Origin: Acinetobacter phage vB_AbaS_TCUP2199
Length of the DNA: 64,000 nucleotides
Sequence record: ON323491.1
Direction: 5' to 3' (one strand)
The translations under genes were made by a program, and so were the position numbers. Under the pieces are notes generated by a model. That model saw only the letters and a program-made list of their open reading frames with translations. It was not told the DNA's origin and ran no database searches. This document shows positions 27,573 through 36,739 of this stretch, piece by piece. The first letter of the stretch is position 1, and each line of letters opens with the position of its first letter.

Positions 27573-28664
27573 GTGGATAACATTGAAGAATCTGTAATAA
27601 AAGCAAGGACTTACGCCTTTTTTATGTTGGCTTTATCTGTGGATAAAAAAAACCCAGACTGGGCTGATGTGAAGATACCTGCAGGTAATTTTCCAAAAGG
27701 TTTTGAACACTGTGAAGCCCTAACATTGGGCCAAATCGTTGCCATTTTGCAAATTACTGTCAAGAAAAAATTGCAAGATATTGTAGATGAATTAAACGGT
27801 GGTGGTACAGTTAATCCGCATCCTCCAATTGAGTGTGCAAATGGTGCTTCATGGTTTGAATTTCATACTGACTTAGGTTCACAAATAGAATGGTTAGTGT
27901 CAGCTAATGGTGGGCCATGGTTAAGTATTGTTGATCATCCAGCGGTGGAATATTGGTATAACCCACAAAATTTTGGGGCCACCATGGTCATTGTTTTAAG
28001 GGAAGGATTACCACCAACTCCAATTCAACTTAAAGCAAGTTCACCTGTAGCCTTTTATGTTAATCCATCGGCTAACGTAAACGACACTGAACAGGAAAAC
28101 CAATCGTATGTCTTGTATAACAGTCAAGACGTAATAGTTGACCCAACTTTAGAAATTAATAAAGTTTATAACTCACCATACATCAATGATACCAGTACCG
28201 AGTTAGATTATTGCGTGATGTTCAATGCTGTAGACTTCTGCTTAAAATACCCAGAAGGGCCGCCAGTTGGGTGTGCAGGGGCGATTGACACCTTTAAAGC
28301 TATCTACATGACTGCTGGTGGTTTATATAATTTCTATGTTAATGACGTGGAATTTACAGGGACTAACTGGATGTTCAGGGATGACATATTTAAAGATCAT
28401 CTTGCTACTTTTGGTGTCATTTTAAACGCTTACGATCTGGACGGTAACCCAGTACCTAAAGGGGAAAACGGTAGATATGATGGCGCGTATATGGGAGAGT
28501 TAATTAACACATCCAATAATTACGTGAGAATAAAGATTTTTTGTGGGGACGCAAGTGCCATTGATAATTTTCAAAACCCTATCAACCCTGCAGCAAATTG
28601 GGATGCTGAAAACAATACTTTAACAGTATGTTTGGCCCCTCAAGGCACCACCCTAACAACCTAA
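27573..28664 (+). CDS. Putative receptor-binding / tail-fibre protein, paralog 2
   Basis: GTG start after AAGGGG; shared N-terminal module. Confidence 0.55.
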   Translation: MDNIEESVIKARTYAFFMLALSVDKKNPDWADVKIPAGNFPKGFEHCEALTLGQIVAILQITVKKKLQDIVDELNGGGTVNPHPPIECANGASWFEFHTDLGSQIEWLVSANGGPWLSIVDHPAVEYWYNPQNFGATMVIVLREGLPPTPIQLKASSPVAFYVNPSANVNDTEQENQSYVLYNSQDVIVDPTLEINKVYNSPYINDTSTELDYCVMFNAVDFCLKYPEGPPVGCAGAIDTFKAIYMTAGGLYNFYVNDVEFTGTNWMFRDDIFKDHLATFGVILNAYDLDGNPVPKGENGRYDGAYMGELINTSNNYVRIKIFCGDASAIDNFQNPINPAANWDAENNTLTVCLAPQGTTLTT

Positions 28665-28681
28665 GAATAGTTGAGAACGCC

Positions 28682-29554
28682 ATGACAGTTAGCAAACTTA
28701 TGACACGACGGATGGCTGACCTAATCACCCCGTCAAATTTAGGTGAAAACCTATTAAAATTTAATCAGGTAATTTTACCTTGTGGGCGTATGCCTGCAGG
28801 TTATGAATTTGTAGAGGGTCTAACTATCAGCCAGCTTGGTGATATTATTATTGAGCAACTAGACGTAGCTGGTCTTATTCCAGACCTCAGTGGCGGTGGC
28901 AATAACCCAAGCGAAGGTGTACCAACAGACTCGCTTACTATGAATTTCACATTCAATAATAGTGCTACTATCCCATTAAATGATGTTGAAATTTTAATGT
29001 TTGATGGTTCTGACACCATGCGGGTTAATGACACCTTCGATCTGGACCATAACCCGACACAGCCTAACTACTTTATGGCTATTGTTACTGGTCCAAAATG
29101 GGTGTTTTATAACTTCCATCCGAGTAATGCCCCAATTAAAATTGCCATTCGTCTGATTCCTGAGAATCAAAATTCGTTACAGAATATTCAATTGGTCGGA
29201 AACACTACTTTTAAATGGTTGGATGAGAACAAAGCTTATGTTGGAACATTACTCCCATTCCCTAAACCACAGCTTTCAGATGTAACTTATGACCCATCAT
29301 CTGGTTCAACTGTACTTATTGAAGGTACTGCTTTGAACCTAAAAGATGGTGCAGAATATGGGGCATACGTCACATTTCATAGGACGGATATTGACCAAAC
29401 TGTCGTATTACCATCGGCTGACACTATTACTTCTGTCAATAAAAACTTTACTATTGAAGGAGATATACCAGTTGATATGGGTCCATATTATGTGTCTTTA
29501 CATCTTAAAGATGCCACAGGTTGGCGTGACACCGTGCAGGCTGAACTTATTTAA
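28682..29554 (+). CDS. Putative receptor-binding / tail-fibre protein, paralog 3
   Basis: Trimmed to ATG 28682; shared N-terminal module. Confidence 0.5.
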   Translation: MTVSKLMTRRMADLITPSNLGENLLKFNQVILPCGRMPAGYEFVEGLTISQLGDIIIEQLDVAGLIPDLSGGGNNPSEGVPTDSLTMNFTFNNSATIPLNDVEILMFDGSDTMRVNDTFDLDHNPTQPNYFMAIVTGPKWVFYNFHPSNAPIKIAIRLIPENQNSLQNIQLVGNTTFKWLDENKAYVGTLLPFPKPQLSDVTYDPSSGSTVLIEGTALNLKDGAEYGAYVTFHRTDIDQTVVLPSADTITSVNKNFTIEGDIPVDMGPYYVSLHLKDATGWRDTVQAELI

Positions 29555-29638
29555 AGTAATGGGTCCATTTAGCAGAAAGTATTAAAAGTATACAAGGTAG
29601 TATGATATTATCAGCACATCAACTCAGGGTGTGCTGAA

Positions 29639-30061
29639 ATGTTTTTAAAATACATTGCAATCAGTTTTCTTTTGAGTGTCTTGAGCATGAATGTTCCAGC
29701 AATGGCTCAAACTAAAAACGACAGTCCAGCTACTACTTTCGTTCTCACGTATGGAAACGAATTTACCTTTGGGTTGTGTGTTTTAGTGTTAATCTTGTCC
29801 AGTTGGCTTAGTTTAAAGCTACCATCTGATGACACAGTTAAGCCAGAAATGTCCAATCAAGCCAAGATACTTTCAGCTTTAACTGGTGGAATCTTAGCGT
29901 TTATCTATTCGCTACACAAAGACCAAGGTTTAACCCTTATGAATCCTATTTGGATTGCTGTTGCTGCGATTGTACTCCCAGTTACAATTTTAACTTTACG
30001 CAGTAAATTTAAGAGATACACTGAAACTGTAGATTTCAGCAATCAACGAAAGGGTGACTAG
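29639..30061 (+). CDS. Membrane protein with an N-terminal signal-like segment; holin/spanin candidate
   Basis: Signal-like MFLKYIAISFLLSVLSMNVPAMA followed by three hydrophobic helices. Sits next to the endolysin gene. Confidence 0.45.
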   Translation: MFLKYIAISFLLSVLSMNVPAMAQTKNDSPATTFVLTYGNEFTFGLCVLVLILSSWLSLKLPSDDTVKPEMSNQAKILSALTGGILAFIYSLHKDQGLTLMNPIWIAVAAIVLPVTILTLRSKFKRYTETVDFSNQRKGD

Positions 30062-30359
30062 GATGCCAATTAACCTTTACACCATGTTCTGGGCCGCTGT
30101 TGGCGTGTTAAGTCTCACTGGCCTGTTCATGTTTAACTCAAAACCTAGCATTTTCAATTTCATAACGAAGCGGGAATACTTGGTTGCTTTTCTTATCGCA
30201 TCAATTTTAGGAATGCGAGAAACTTTCCCCCTTGCTTGTATTATTTCAGGGGTAACTCTTTTTGCCATGTTTCGTCAATACCCGCAATACTTAAAACATT
30301 GCTTCCTTGAGAAACAACGGCACAGTCAGGGGCACAATTACCGTCATAGAAATTTATAA
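30054..30359 (+). CDS. Membrane protein with 3 TM helices; holin candidate
   Basis: Hydrophobic helices; immediately upstream of the endolysin gene. Confidence 0.45.
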   Translation: MTRMPINLYTMFWAAVGVLSLTGLFMFNSKPSIFNFITKREYLVAFLIASILGMRETFPLACIISGVTLFAMFRQYPQYLKHCFLEKQRHSQGHNYRHRNL

Positions 30360-30381
30360 ATGTATACGTTATGTTATAGTA

Positions 30382-30410
30382 CCCTCATCACTTGATGAGG
30401 GTTTTATTTT
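30382..30410 (+). terminator. Hairpin CCCTCATCA-ctt-GATGAGGG followed by TTTTATTTT
   Basis: Read from the sequence. Confidence 0.5.
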
Positions 30411-31140
30411 GTCTAAACAAACACGAATGCACTTTCAGGAGTTTCTGAAAGCTAAAGGTTTTTACACTGGCAATATAGATGGCATTATCGGTTTAAGAAC
30501 TAAAGCCGCCATTCTAAATTGTTTCCAGTGTAAAACTGCAACTACCATTACCGACGTTGAATTATTTCAATTTGCCAAATTACTTGGTGATACCAACACG
30601 GTTCGTATTCGTACCGTTGCCAAGGTAGAATCAAATGGCTCAGGCTGGTTCAATGATGGTCGCCCAAAAATTTTGTATGAGCGTCATAAGTTCTGGAAGT
30701 ATAACGATGATGCAACTGCACCTAAGTCTACTTTCTTTAACTTCCCAGATGCTGGTAACTACACCATTGATGCAGACAAGAATGGTATCAATGATTCATA
30801 CGACAAACTTTTAAAGGCTTGTGAGTATGACCCAATGGGGGCTTTCATGTCAGTCTCAATGGGTGCCTTCCAAGTTATGGGTTTCTATTTCAAGGAAATG
30901 GGCTATGCCACACCTTGGGAAATGCTCTATGACTGTGCCCGTTCCGAGAAAGCTCAGTACCAGTTGCTGGTCAATTACATCATAATGAATAAATTGCAAA
31001 AAGCTTTCTTGGCTATTTCTGGAAAACCAGACACTTGCCGTATGTTTGCGTCAGGATACAATGGTAAAAATTACGCTAAGTATAATTACCATGGTAACTT
31101 GGCTTCTGCTTATTTATACTATTTGAACAAGGTCAGATAA
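30409..31140 (+). CDS. Endolysin: N-terminal peptidoglycan-binding domain plus a C-terminal muramidase-like domain (KVESNGSG…ERHKFW)
   Basis: PG_binding_1-like segment FQEFLKAKGFYTGNIDGIIGLRTKAAI; the C-terminal motifs resemble the DUF3380 N-acetylmuramidase family. Start is TTG 30409 or ATG 30427. Confidence 0.6.
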   Translation: MSKQTRMHFQEFLKAKGFYTGNIDGIIGLRTKAAILNCFQCKTATTITDVELFQFAKLLGDTNTVRIRTVAKVESNGSGWFNDGRPKILYERHKFWKYNDDATAPKSTFFNFPDAGNYTIDADKNGINDSYDKLLKACEYDPMGAFMSVSMGAFQVMGFYFKEMGYATPWEMLYDCARSEKAQYQLLVNYIIMNKLQKAFLAISGKPDTCRMFASGYNGKNYAKYNYHGNLASAYLYYLNKVR

Positions 31141-31155
31141 ATAGGCGGTTAAAAT

Positions 31156-31305
31156 ATGAGCAAACGTGAAGTTGCTGTTGTCATCGTCAAAGCCATTATT
31201 TTAGGGACGTTGCGCTATCTTGAAGATAAATCCAAGGATAAAAAACAACCTAAAAATAAAATTATTTTTAAAGATGGTGTTGACGAAGGAATCGGCCTTG
31301 GCTAA
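31156..31305 (+). CDS. Candidate 49-aa protein with a hydrophobic N-terminus, downstream of the endolysin gene
   Basis: ORF read by eye (MSKREVAVVIVKAIILGTL…); followed by a strong terminator. Below the ORF-track cutoff. Confidence 0.3.
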   Translation: MSKREVAVVIVKAIILGTLRYLEDKSKDKKQPKNKIIFKDGVDEGIGLG

Positions 31306-31390
31306 TATTGGTTTCAAGACGAGGGGCAGCAGTTAAACAGTAGTTCTAACGCAAGTTTGAAACAACCGTTGTATGCAAATCTCCAAGTAT

Positions 31391-31417
31391 AAAAAACCCC
31401 TTTCGGGGGTTTTTTAA
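31391..31417 (+). terminator. Intrinsic terminator AAAAAACCCC-tttc-GGGGGTTTTTT
   Basis: Read from the sequence. Confidence 0.7.
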
Positions 31418-31711
31418 TCGCTTTAGAAAGCAGTAAATTTTAAAGCCTAAATCAATTTATTTTGGATTAGTCTTTTTGATTTCAATATTTAGATACTATT
31501 GTTGCTTTCTAACCGATTAAACTGGCTACGAACTTAGCCAATGAAGTCGAAAGATGGATTGAACAACCCTTTAGTGTTGAGGTTCATTTAAATCTGGCAT
31601 GGCTGGCTTATCCATTTGGTTCTGCAGATAACCAGTGGTTAAAGTAGAGGGGTTCTAACAGCCAAATTGTTTTTAGATATTGATAGAAGCTATAGTAATT
31701 CTTGATATGGA

Positions 31712-31740
31712 CTTAAACAATTAGGGTTCGATTCCCTACG
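31712..31740 (+). other. tRNA T-arm-like element TAGGG-TTCGATT-CCCTA followed by CGCCAGA; no complete cloverleaf could be folded by eye
   Basis: Perfect 5-bp T-stem and canonical T-loop read from the sequence. No 5' partner for the acceptor stem found within 90 nt. Confidence 0.3.
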
Positions 31741-31856
31741 CCAGATGCCATTTATGGGTTATCTATCAAATTGAAGTAAACGAAAGCGCGTAAGTAGTTT
31801 ACGGAAAATTACTGGTGTAGATAGATGTGCTGTGTTACTTCTAGGGTCAAAGGCAC

Positions 31857-31887
31857 ATGGTGGTTCGATTCCCCGATAACCCAACCA
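31857..31887 (+). other. Second tRNA T-arm-like element (GGTGGTTCGATTCCCC…AACCCAACCA)
   Basis: T-loop consensus with a weaker stem; ends in ACCA-like sequence. Confidence 0.25.
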
Positions 31888-32862
31888 ATATTTATAGTTG
31901 ATAATTTCAGTCAACTGTACATCAAAGGTCGCAACTTTGCAGGACAGAAGTTATCAACTATAAATGTTGGAAACAATATTTAGTGAAGCATTCTTGACGA
32001 ACCGCATGAGATGTAAGGGGTAATGGAGACTGTGATGGTCATAGAAGTTACCAGATAAGTTGAAGCGTATGTGGCCCTTTTCAAAGGTTGTGGGCCAAAG
32101 CTGAGCTGACGATCAAACAGATTTAGCATCAACCAAGGTGTTGCTAGTCACTTCACCGAGAATGCTTCCCTAAATGTTGGAATACTCAGGCAAAGGGTAA
32201 ACCGCTGTAGACAGGCCGCAAGGGACAGATACTCTTGGTCAGGGCCGATAAGTTTTTGGGTTATGCAACTCAATTCCAACATTTCCAAATTTGAGGACTG
32301 CCGATTTAGCGGTTGTGCAAGCTCAAAGGGGTTACGTAAGTGCCGCACGACCTACTAGCTAGGAAGGCATAAGCGTAATGGGTGTCACCTACCAGCAGGT
32401 CAACTAAGTACACGTTGATTAATCCTAGTGGTGAGATGCTAGGGAACCCCAGCTAGGGTTCCTAACAATATTTATGGAAACAAATTCATGACTGTGACCT
32501 CTTTAAAAAAAGATAAGCAGTTGATTGTCGGTTAGTTTGGGTATGTGAGGTAACCACTCAAGCGGACAATCTCCTTCCTCACAAGGGTTGAGTTTGGTTC
32601 CATAAGTGTTGTAAATGAGAGAAACAGCCCGTATCCCTGTATGGTTAAGACTGCTCTCAATAGTCTGTGGATTGAAACCTAGCTGGTAACAGCATGAGAC
32701 GGATGCCACGCCTTGTATGGCAACAAACCAGCGAGTGAGTGGAAAGCTCACAACCAACACTTACCATGTTGACTGTCAGACTCAGGACATAAGCGAGGAA
32801 CATAGCAGAGAAATTGCTCTTAGAAGTAGAAGCCTGCTTGACCGACAAGAATGTTGAGTCAG

Positions 32863-32898
32863 CACCCCGACCATTAAATTGGTTGGGGTGTTATTTTA
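32863..32898 (+). terminator. Hairpin CACCCCGACCA-ttaaat-TGGTTGGGGTG followed by TTATTTTA
   Basis: Read from the sequence. Confidence 0.55.
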
Positions 32899-32923
32899 TC
32901 CACGCAATAAAAAGGAAATAACC

Positions 32924-33223
32924 ATGACCCCCGAAGATCAAAAAGTGCTGGACCAAATTGTAGATTTACCGACAGTTTTAAATGTTGAAGGCTTTGGTAT
33001 CACAGAAGCAGACGTTTACAATCAAGCCTGTCAGATTTATGCTAAGTTAGTTTCTGTACCACGTACCCTGCAACATGAACAAATGCTAGACTTTACTTAC
33101 AAAGAGCTTGGTTATGAAGGCGGTGCCACAGAAGCTTACCAAGTTGGAGCTGTACAAGCAGCCTTTAACATCAAACGTATGGTTGAAAAAGGAATGGCTA
33201 AACAGGAGAAAGAGAATGTTTAA
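32924..33223 (+). CDS. Hypothetical protein
   Basis: Trimmed to the ATG after AAAAGGAAATAACC. Confidence 0.5.
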   Translation: MTPEDQKVLDQIVDLPTVLNVEGFGITEADVYNQACQIYAKLVSVPRTLQHEQMLDFTYKELGYEGGATEAYQVGAVQAAFNIKRMVEKGMAKQEKENV

Positions 33224-33407
33224 ATCAATGTTAAAATCTGCAGTAGCTATTGCAGCAACCCCAGTTACGGTTGTAGTTGATGCCACAGCCAATGTGAAGG
33301 ACTGTATTGTAGGCGACACCCCACGTGGTTTAAAAAACACTAAAGCTGTCACAGATTTAGCTGCAGAAAATTTTAAGAACGCAGTTGAGCCTTTAACAAA
33401 AAAGTAG
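33217..33407 (+). CDS. Hypothetical small protein
   Basis: ATG after AGGAGAAAGAGA; trimmed from listed ORF 33108-33407. Confidence 0.4.
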
Positions 33408-33693
33408 TAAATTACCAATTGAATGTTATGTTAGTGGTGTGTCTAAAAGCTGATTAATGCCAACCTCCTTTGCTCAGAACAGTTGGTACGTGGACATTGT
33501 TAGAAGTCAGCGCAAACTTATCTATCTCCGTCGGTAAGTGCAAAAGTTAAACACACAAGCAACCCTTAACCTTGGCCTGAGCATCCAGACAATACACGGT
33601 GCGACTAAACTAACTGCCAATTAATTTAGCGTAGATTGTCAATAGGTTAAGCATCAACGTGGTAAATACAGCCACAGTTGCGTAAACGGTAGT

Positions 33694-33727
33694 AACCCCC
33701 AACGTAGGAGTTTGGGGGTTTACTTTT
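33694..33727 (+). terminator. Hairpin AACCCCC…TGGGGGTT followed by TACTTTT
   Basis: Read from the sequence. Confidence 0.5.
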
Positions 33728-33785
33728 ACCTAAAGATCAGCTACTGTGGTTTTTATCTGGACAGCGCGATTAGAAATAATTGCCT

Positions 33786-33814
33786 GTCCTTTTTCTGTAC
33801 TCAACAAAAAGGAC
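33786..33814 (+). promoter_or_regulatory. 9-bp perfect hairpin GTCCTTTTT…AAAAAGGAC that sequesters the Shine-Dalgarno sequence 5 nt upstream of the DNA polymerase ATG
   Basis: Read from the sequence. By analogy with the translational operator of T4 gene 43. Confidence 0.45.
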
Positions 33815-33819
33815 AACAC

Positions 33820-36399
33820 ATGTCATTTTCATACGACTGCCCTGTAGAGCGTATCTTGGTTGACCGCCATAATATTGCTATCTGGGACCAATTCATTACA
33901 GAACAATTAAGTAAACCATCGAACTTTGTAGGTTTCGATATAGAAACCTCACAACGTGATGCCCATGAAGGCATTAAAAAATTGATGAAGACTGACGATG
34001 AGGGTTACAGCAAGGGTAAAAAATTAATCTTTGACTTTAAGCGAACAAAAATTGTCGGGGCTTCTTTTTATTTTGGGCACACTGCAGGTGACAAAGCTTT
34101 CTATGTGAACTTTGACCATGCAGATAAAGAAAATACAATCAGCATTGATTATTTAATCCGCTGGATGGATTTAGCCAAAGCCAACAATGTCAGCAACATT
34201 ATTCACAACGTACAATATGAATATTCTGTTTTCCGCGGGTCATATAACTACGAGCTGCCACCAACGCTATGTTCTATGCAACTGTGCGTGACAGCTTATG
34301 GTCCAGATGAATATAAAAAATCTGATCTAGCAATGGCCGTAGCTAACGGTATCAAGCCATTGATTCCAGAAATTGACCGTGTGTTTGCCAACTATGAATA
34401 TGGCAAGCTGACTTTCCAGCAAGAGGAATTGCTGGGCAAGTTCTGTGCAAAGTCTGGTGGCGCAACCCATTCTTATGAAGGTATCGTGAAAGGTATCTCT
34501 TACGGCTATGGTTTAAAGAAAGCTGTCAAGACTTGGTTCGGTTACCAGATGGAAGAATTTAAGGATACCTTGGGTGATTCTGCAGACATGGAAAGCCTAA
34601 CTGCTCAACAAGTATTGGCCTATGGTGCTGATGATGCTATCTGGGCATATCGTTTATTTTTCCGTGTGTATTCTTACCTGCAGCAAACTAACCCAGACGT
34701 TATTGCAACATACCTGAACACAGAAAACCCCATTACCCGTGTCTTTGCTGAAACCACCATTGGTGGCATGAAGGTAAACCATCAAGAGATCATTAAAAAG
34801 CGTGACGAAATGCGTCACTCTGTGGCAATGAAATTGGTTGAGTTCAAGCAACTGCTACGCGAACACATGCCAAAAGAAGCACCAGAAATGCATGAGAAAC
34901 TTTTGAAATATGAAAAATGGTATAAGCCAGATTCTCATCAAAAGTATTTCAACTATATCTGGGATTGGCTTGATATGCCAGATGATGTGTCTGACTATGA
35001 GCTATGCACGCAAATTAAATGTGCCACAGGCAACGCTTGGCTTGAAGATGTGAAAGGGGTTGGGGCTAAGCCAAAAGCTTTGCTGTCAATTAACCATTAC
35101 ATGGCTCAACGATACATTATGTTTGTAATCTTTAATCTGCCATGTTCTGCATCTGGTGGCAAAATTAATAGTGACAAACTGGCACGTGCAGAAATGGCTG
35201 AGAAGCTGGGCGGTCACCCGCTGTTGGATATTTATGAAAAATTAAGTTCTGCAGAGCAGGCATTTAAGCTGTACATTACACCATACCTGTGTCTTGTGGA
35301 CCCAGAAACTGGTTTGATGCATCCACAGCTTTCGTCTATGTTGGCGACACGTCGTACCAGTTGTTCTAACCCGAACGGTCAACAGTTGGCTAAACGTGGT
35401 GACTCTGTATTTGTCCGTGGCTTTTTCCAAGCGGATGACCCAGACTCGGTTATTGTCTCAGCCGACTGGTCCGCTATTGAATTGGTTGGTGTAGCTGCAA
35501 ATAGTCAGGACCCAGAGTTCTTGGCAGCTTATGGTCAACGACCACATAACGATTTACATACTGCAGCAGCAGCAGGTGTACTTGGTCTTGACTTAGATGA
35601 GTTCAAGCAATTACCAAACAAGAAAGACATGCGTACTATCTTGGGTAAAGGCTCTAACTTTGAATACTGGTATTCAGGTTGGTTAATGAACACAGCCAAG
35701 AAAATGGGTTGGGACCTTGAAGAAACTGCAGAAGCGGTACGTGGTTATACAAGCAAGTTCCCTGTTGCAGAGAACTGGCGTTTAGCTTTAATTGAAGAAT
35801 TAAAACGCAATGGTTTTGTTAAGATTGCTGACCATCACATTCGTACACGTTTTGAAGCTACTCAGGAATGGGCAGATATTATTTGGAATGTATTCGACGG
35901 TTATGGTAGCCAAGCCATTCTTGACTTTGCACGTGAAGCCATTAAGCGTATTCAACGTCGTGCTTGCAACCAAGGTGTGAACTTCTCAATTCAAGGCTTG
36001 TGTGCCGCATTGGCTAAACAGACTATTTTACGTGTAATTGCTAACGCTAAAAAAGCTGGATTTAAAGCGCGATTCATGTTGTTAATTCACGATGAATTGT
36101 TGTTCTCTGTGCCACGTGCGGAAGCTGCAGCATTCTGTGACTTCTTATACAACGAAATGATTCAGGATTCTGATATGTTCCCGAATGTGAAGATTGACAG
36201 CTCTGTGGCCGTAGGTTATACCTTCCAACCATTTGATAAAGTCAATGCGCCATTTGGTCAGATCGAATTACATGAAATCCAGAAAGGTGTACCAGTGATA
36301 CCAGAGGACCGTTGGGAGTCTAAGGCAACACCAGAGGAACGCGACTTGATCATTGATTATTTAACAATCCAACGAGCAGCAGGGGTGGCGTATGCATAA
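33820..36399 (+). CDS. Family-A DNA polymerase with a 3'-5' exonuclease domain
   Basis: Exo I FDIETS; motif A DWSAIEL; motif B RTILGKGSNFEYWYSG; motif C HDELLFSV. Start trimmed to ATG 33820 (listed ORF begins at 33712). Confidence 0.9.
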   Translation: MSFSYDCPVERILVDRHNIAIWDQFITEQLSKPSNFVGFDIETSQRDAHEGIKKLMKTDDEGYSKGKKLIFDFKRTKIVGASFYFGHTAGDKAFYVNFDHADKENTISIDYLIRWMDLAKANNVSNIIHNVQYEYSVFRGSYNYELPPTLCSMQLCVTAYGPDEYKKSDLAMAVANGIKPLIPEIDRVFANYEYGKLTFQQEELLGKFCAKSGGATHSYEGIVKGISYGYGLKKAVKTWFGYQMEEFKDTLGDSADMESLTAQQVLAYGADDAIWAYRLFFRVYSYLQQTNPDVIATYLNTENPITRVFAETTIGGMKVNHQEIIKKRDEMRHSVAMKLVEFKQLLREHMPKEAPEMHEKLLKYEKWYKPDSHQKYFNYIWDWLDMPDDVSDYELCTQIKCATGNAWLEDVKGVGAKPKALLSINHYMAQRYIMFVIFNLPCSASGGKINSDKLARAEMAEKLGGHPLLDIYEKLSSAEQAFKLYITPYLCLVDPETGLMHPQLSSMLATRRTSCSNPNGQQLAKRGDSVFVRGFFQADDPDSVIVSADWSAIELVGVAANSQDPEFLAAYGQRPHNDLHTAAAAGVLGLDLDEFKQLPNKKDMRTILGKGSNFEYWYSGWLMNTAKKMGWDLEETAEAVRGYTSKFPVAENWRLALIEELKRNGFVKIADHHIRTRFEATQEWADIIWNVFDGYGSQAILDFAREAIKRIQRRACNQGVNFSIQGLCAALAKQTILRVIANAKKAGFKARFMLLIHDELLFSVPRAEAAAFCDFLYNEMIQDSDMFPNVKIDSSVAVGYTFQPFDKVNAPFGQIELHEIQKGVPVIPEDRWESKATPEERDLIIDYLTIQRAAGVAYA

Positions 36400-36739
36400 G
36401 GATGTAACTTTAACCAAGGAACAGTTTGACAAGATAAAATTGCTAGATTTAATAATCAAATGGCAACGGGACTTTAAAGACTTCAACAGGAATGGTTTCA
36501 TATACGTTATAGAAACTATCAATGGTGAATATGAATTAAGACCTTTTAATCCTAGACAACAAAACTGGGGCGATAATTGGCGTAGATGTTATGAACTGCG
36601 GATACCTGAGTGGGTTAAAAGTATTGCTGACTATTTGAAATCTAAACGTGTTAGGATTCGCAGAGTGTGGTGGACACAGCACCCACATGATGGTTGTTAT
36701 TTTGAAACAGCAAGAACAGTATGGTTATTTTTGGAGTAA
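36392..36739 (+). CDS. Hypothetical protein
   Basis: Listed ORF; its start overlaps the polymerase stop. Confidence 0.5.
   Translation: MHKDVTLTKEQFDKIKLLDLIIKWQRDFKDFNRNGFIYVIETINGEYELRPFNPRQQNWGDNWRRCYELRIPEWVKSIADYLKSKRVRIRRVWWTQHPHDGCYFETARTVWLFLE

Larger units (their letters stand above)
31420..32860 (+). ncRNA. ~1.45 kb ORF-free structured region; candidate tRNA remnants plus a larger non-coding RNA
   Basis: No + strand ORF of 60 aa or more. Two GGTTCGATTCC T-loop motifs; repeated AAATGTTGGAA and CAATATTTAT motifs; many inverted repeats; GC higher than its surroundings. Confidence 0.4.

Noticed and set aside
31700-31890. Complete tRNA genes at the two GGTTCGATTCC motifs
   Set aside because: I could not find 5' acceptor-stem partners within 70-95 nt, nor consistent D/anticodon arms, by eye. 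The only acceptor complements (TCTGGCA at 31584; TGGGTTA at 31756) are 130-160 nt upstream. Reported as tRNA-like remnants pending tRNAscan-SE.
32148-32848. Minus-strand ORFs (66, 85 and 63 aa) in the structured non-coding region
   Set aside because: No RBS or start context. They overlap each other and the dyad-rich sequence, so they are more likely incidental ORFs in a structured RNA region.
31980-32860. Group I intron
   Set aside because: The region is intergenic, not interrupting a host ORF. No recognisable P7 or P3 core found by eye and no homing-endonuclease ORF.
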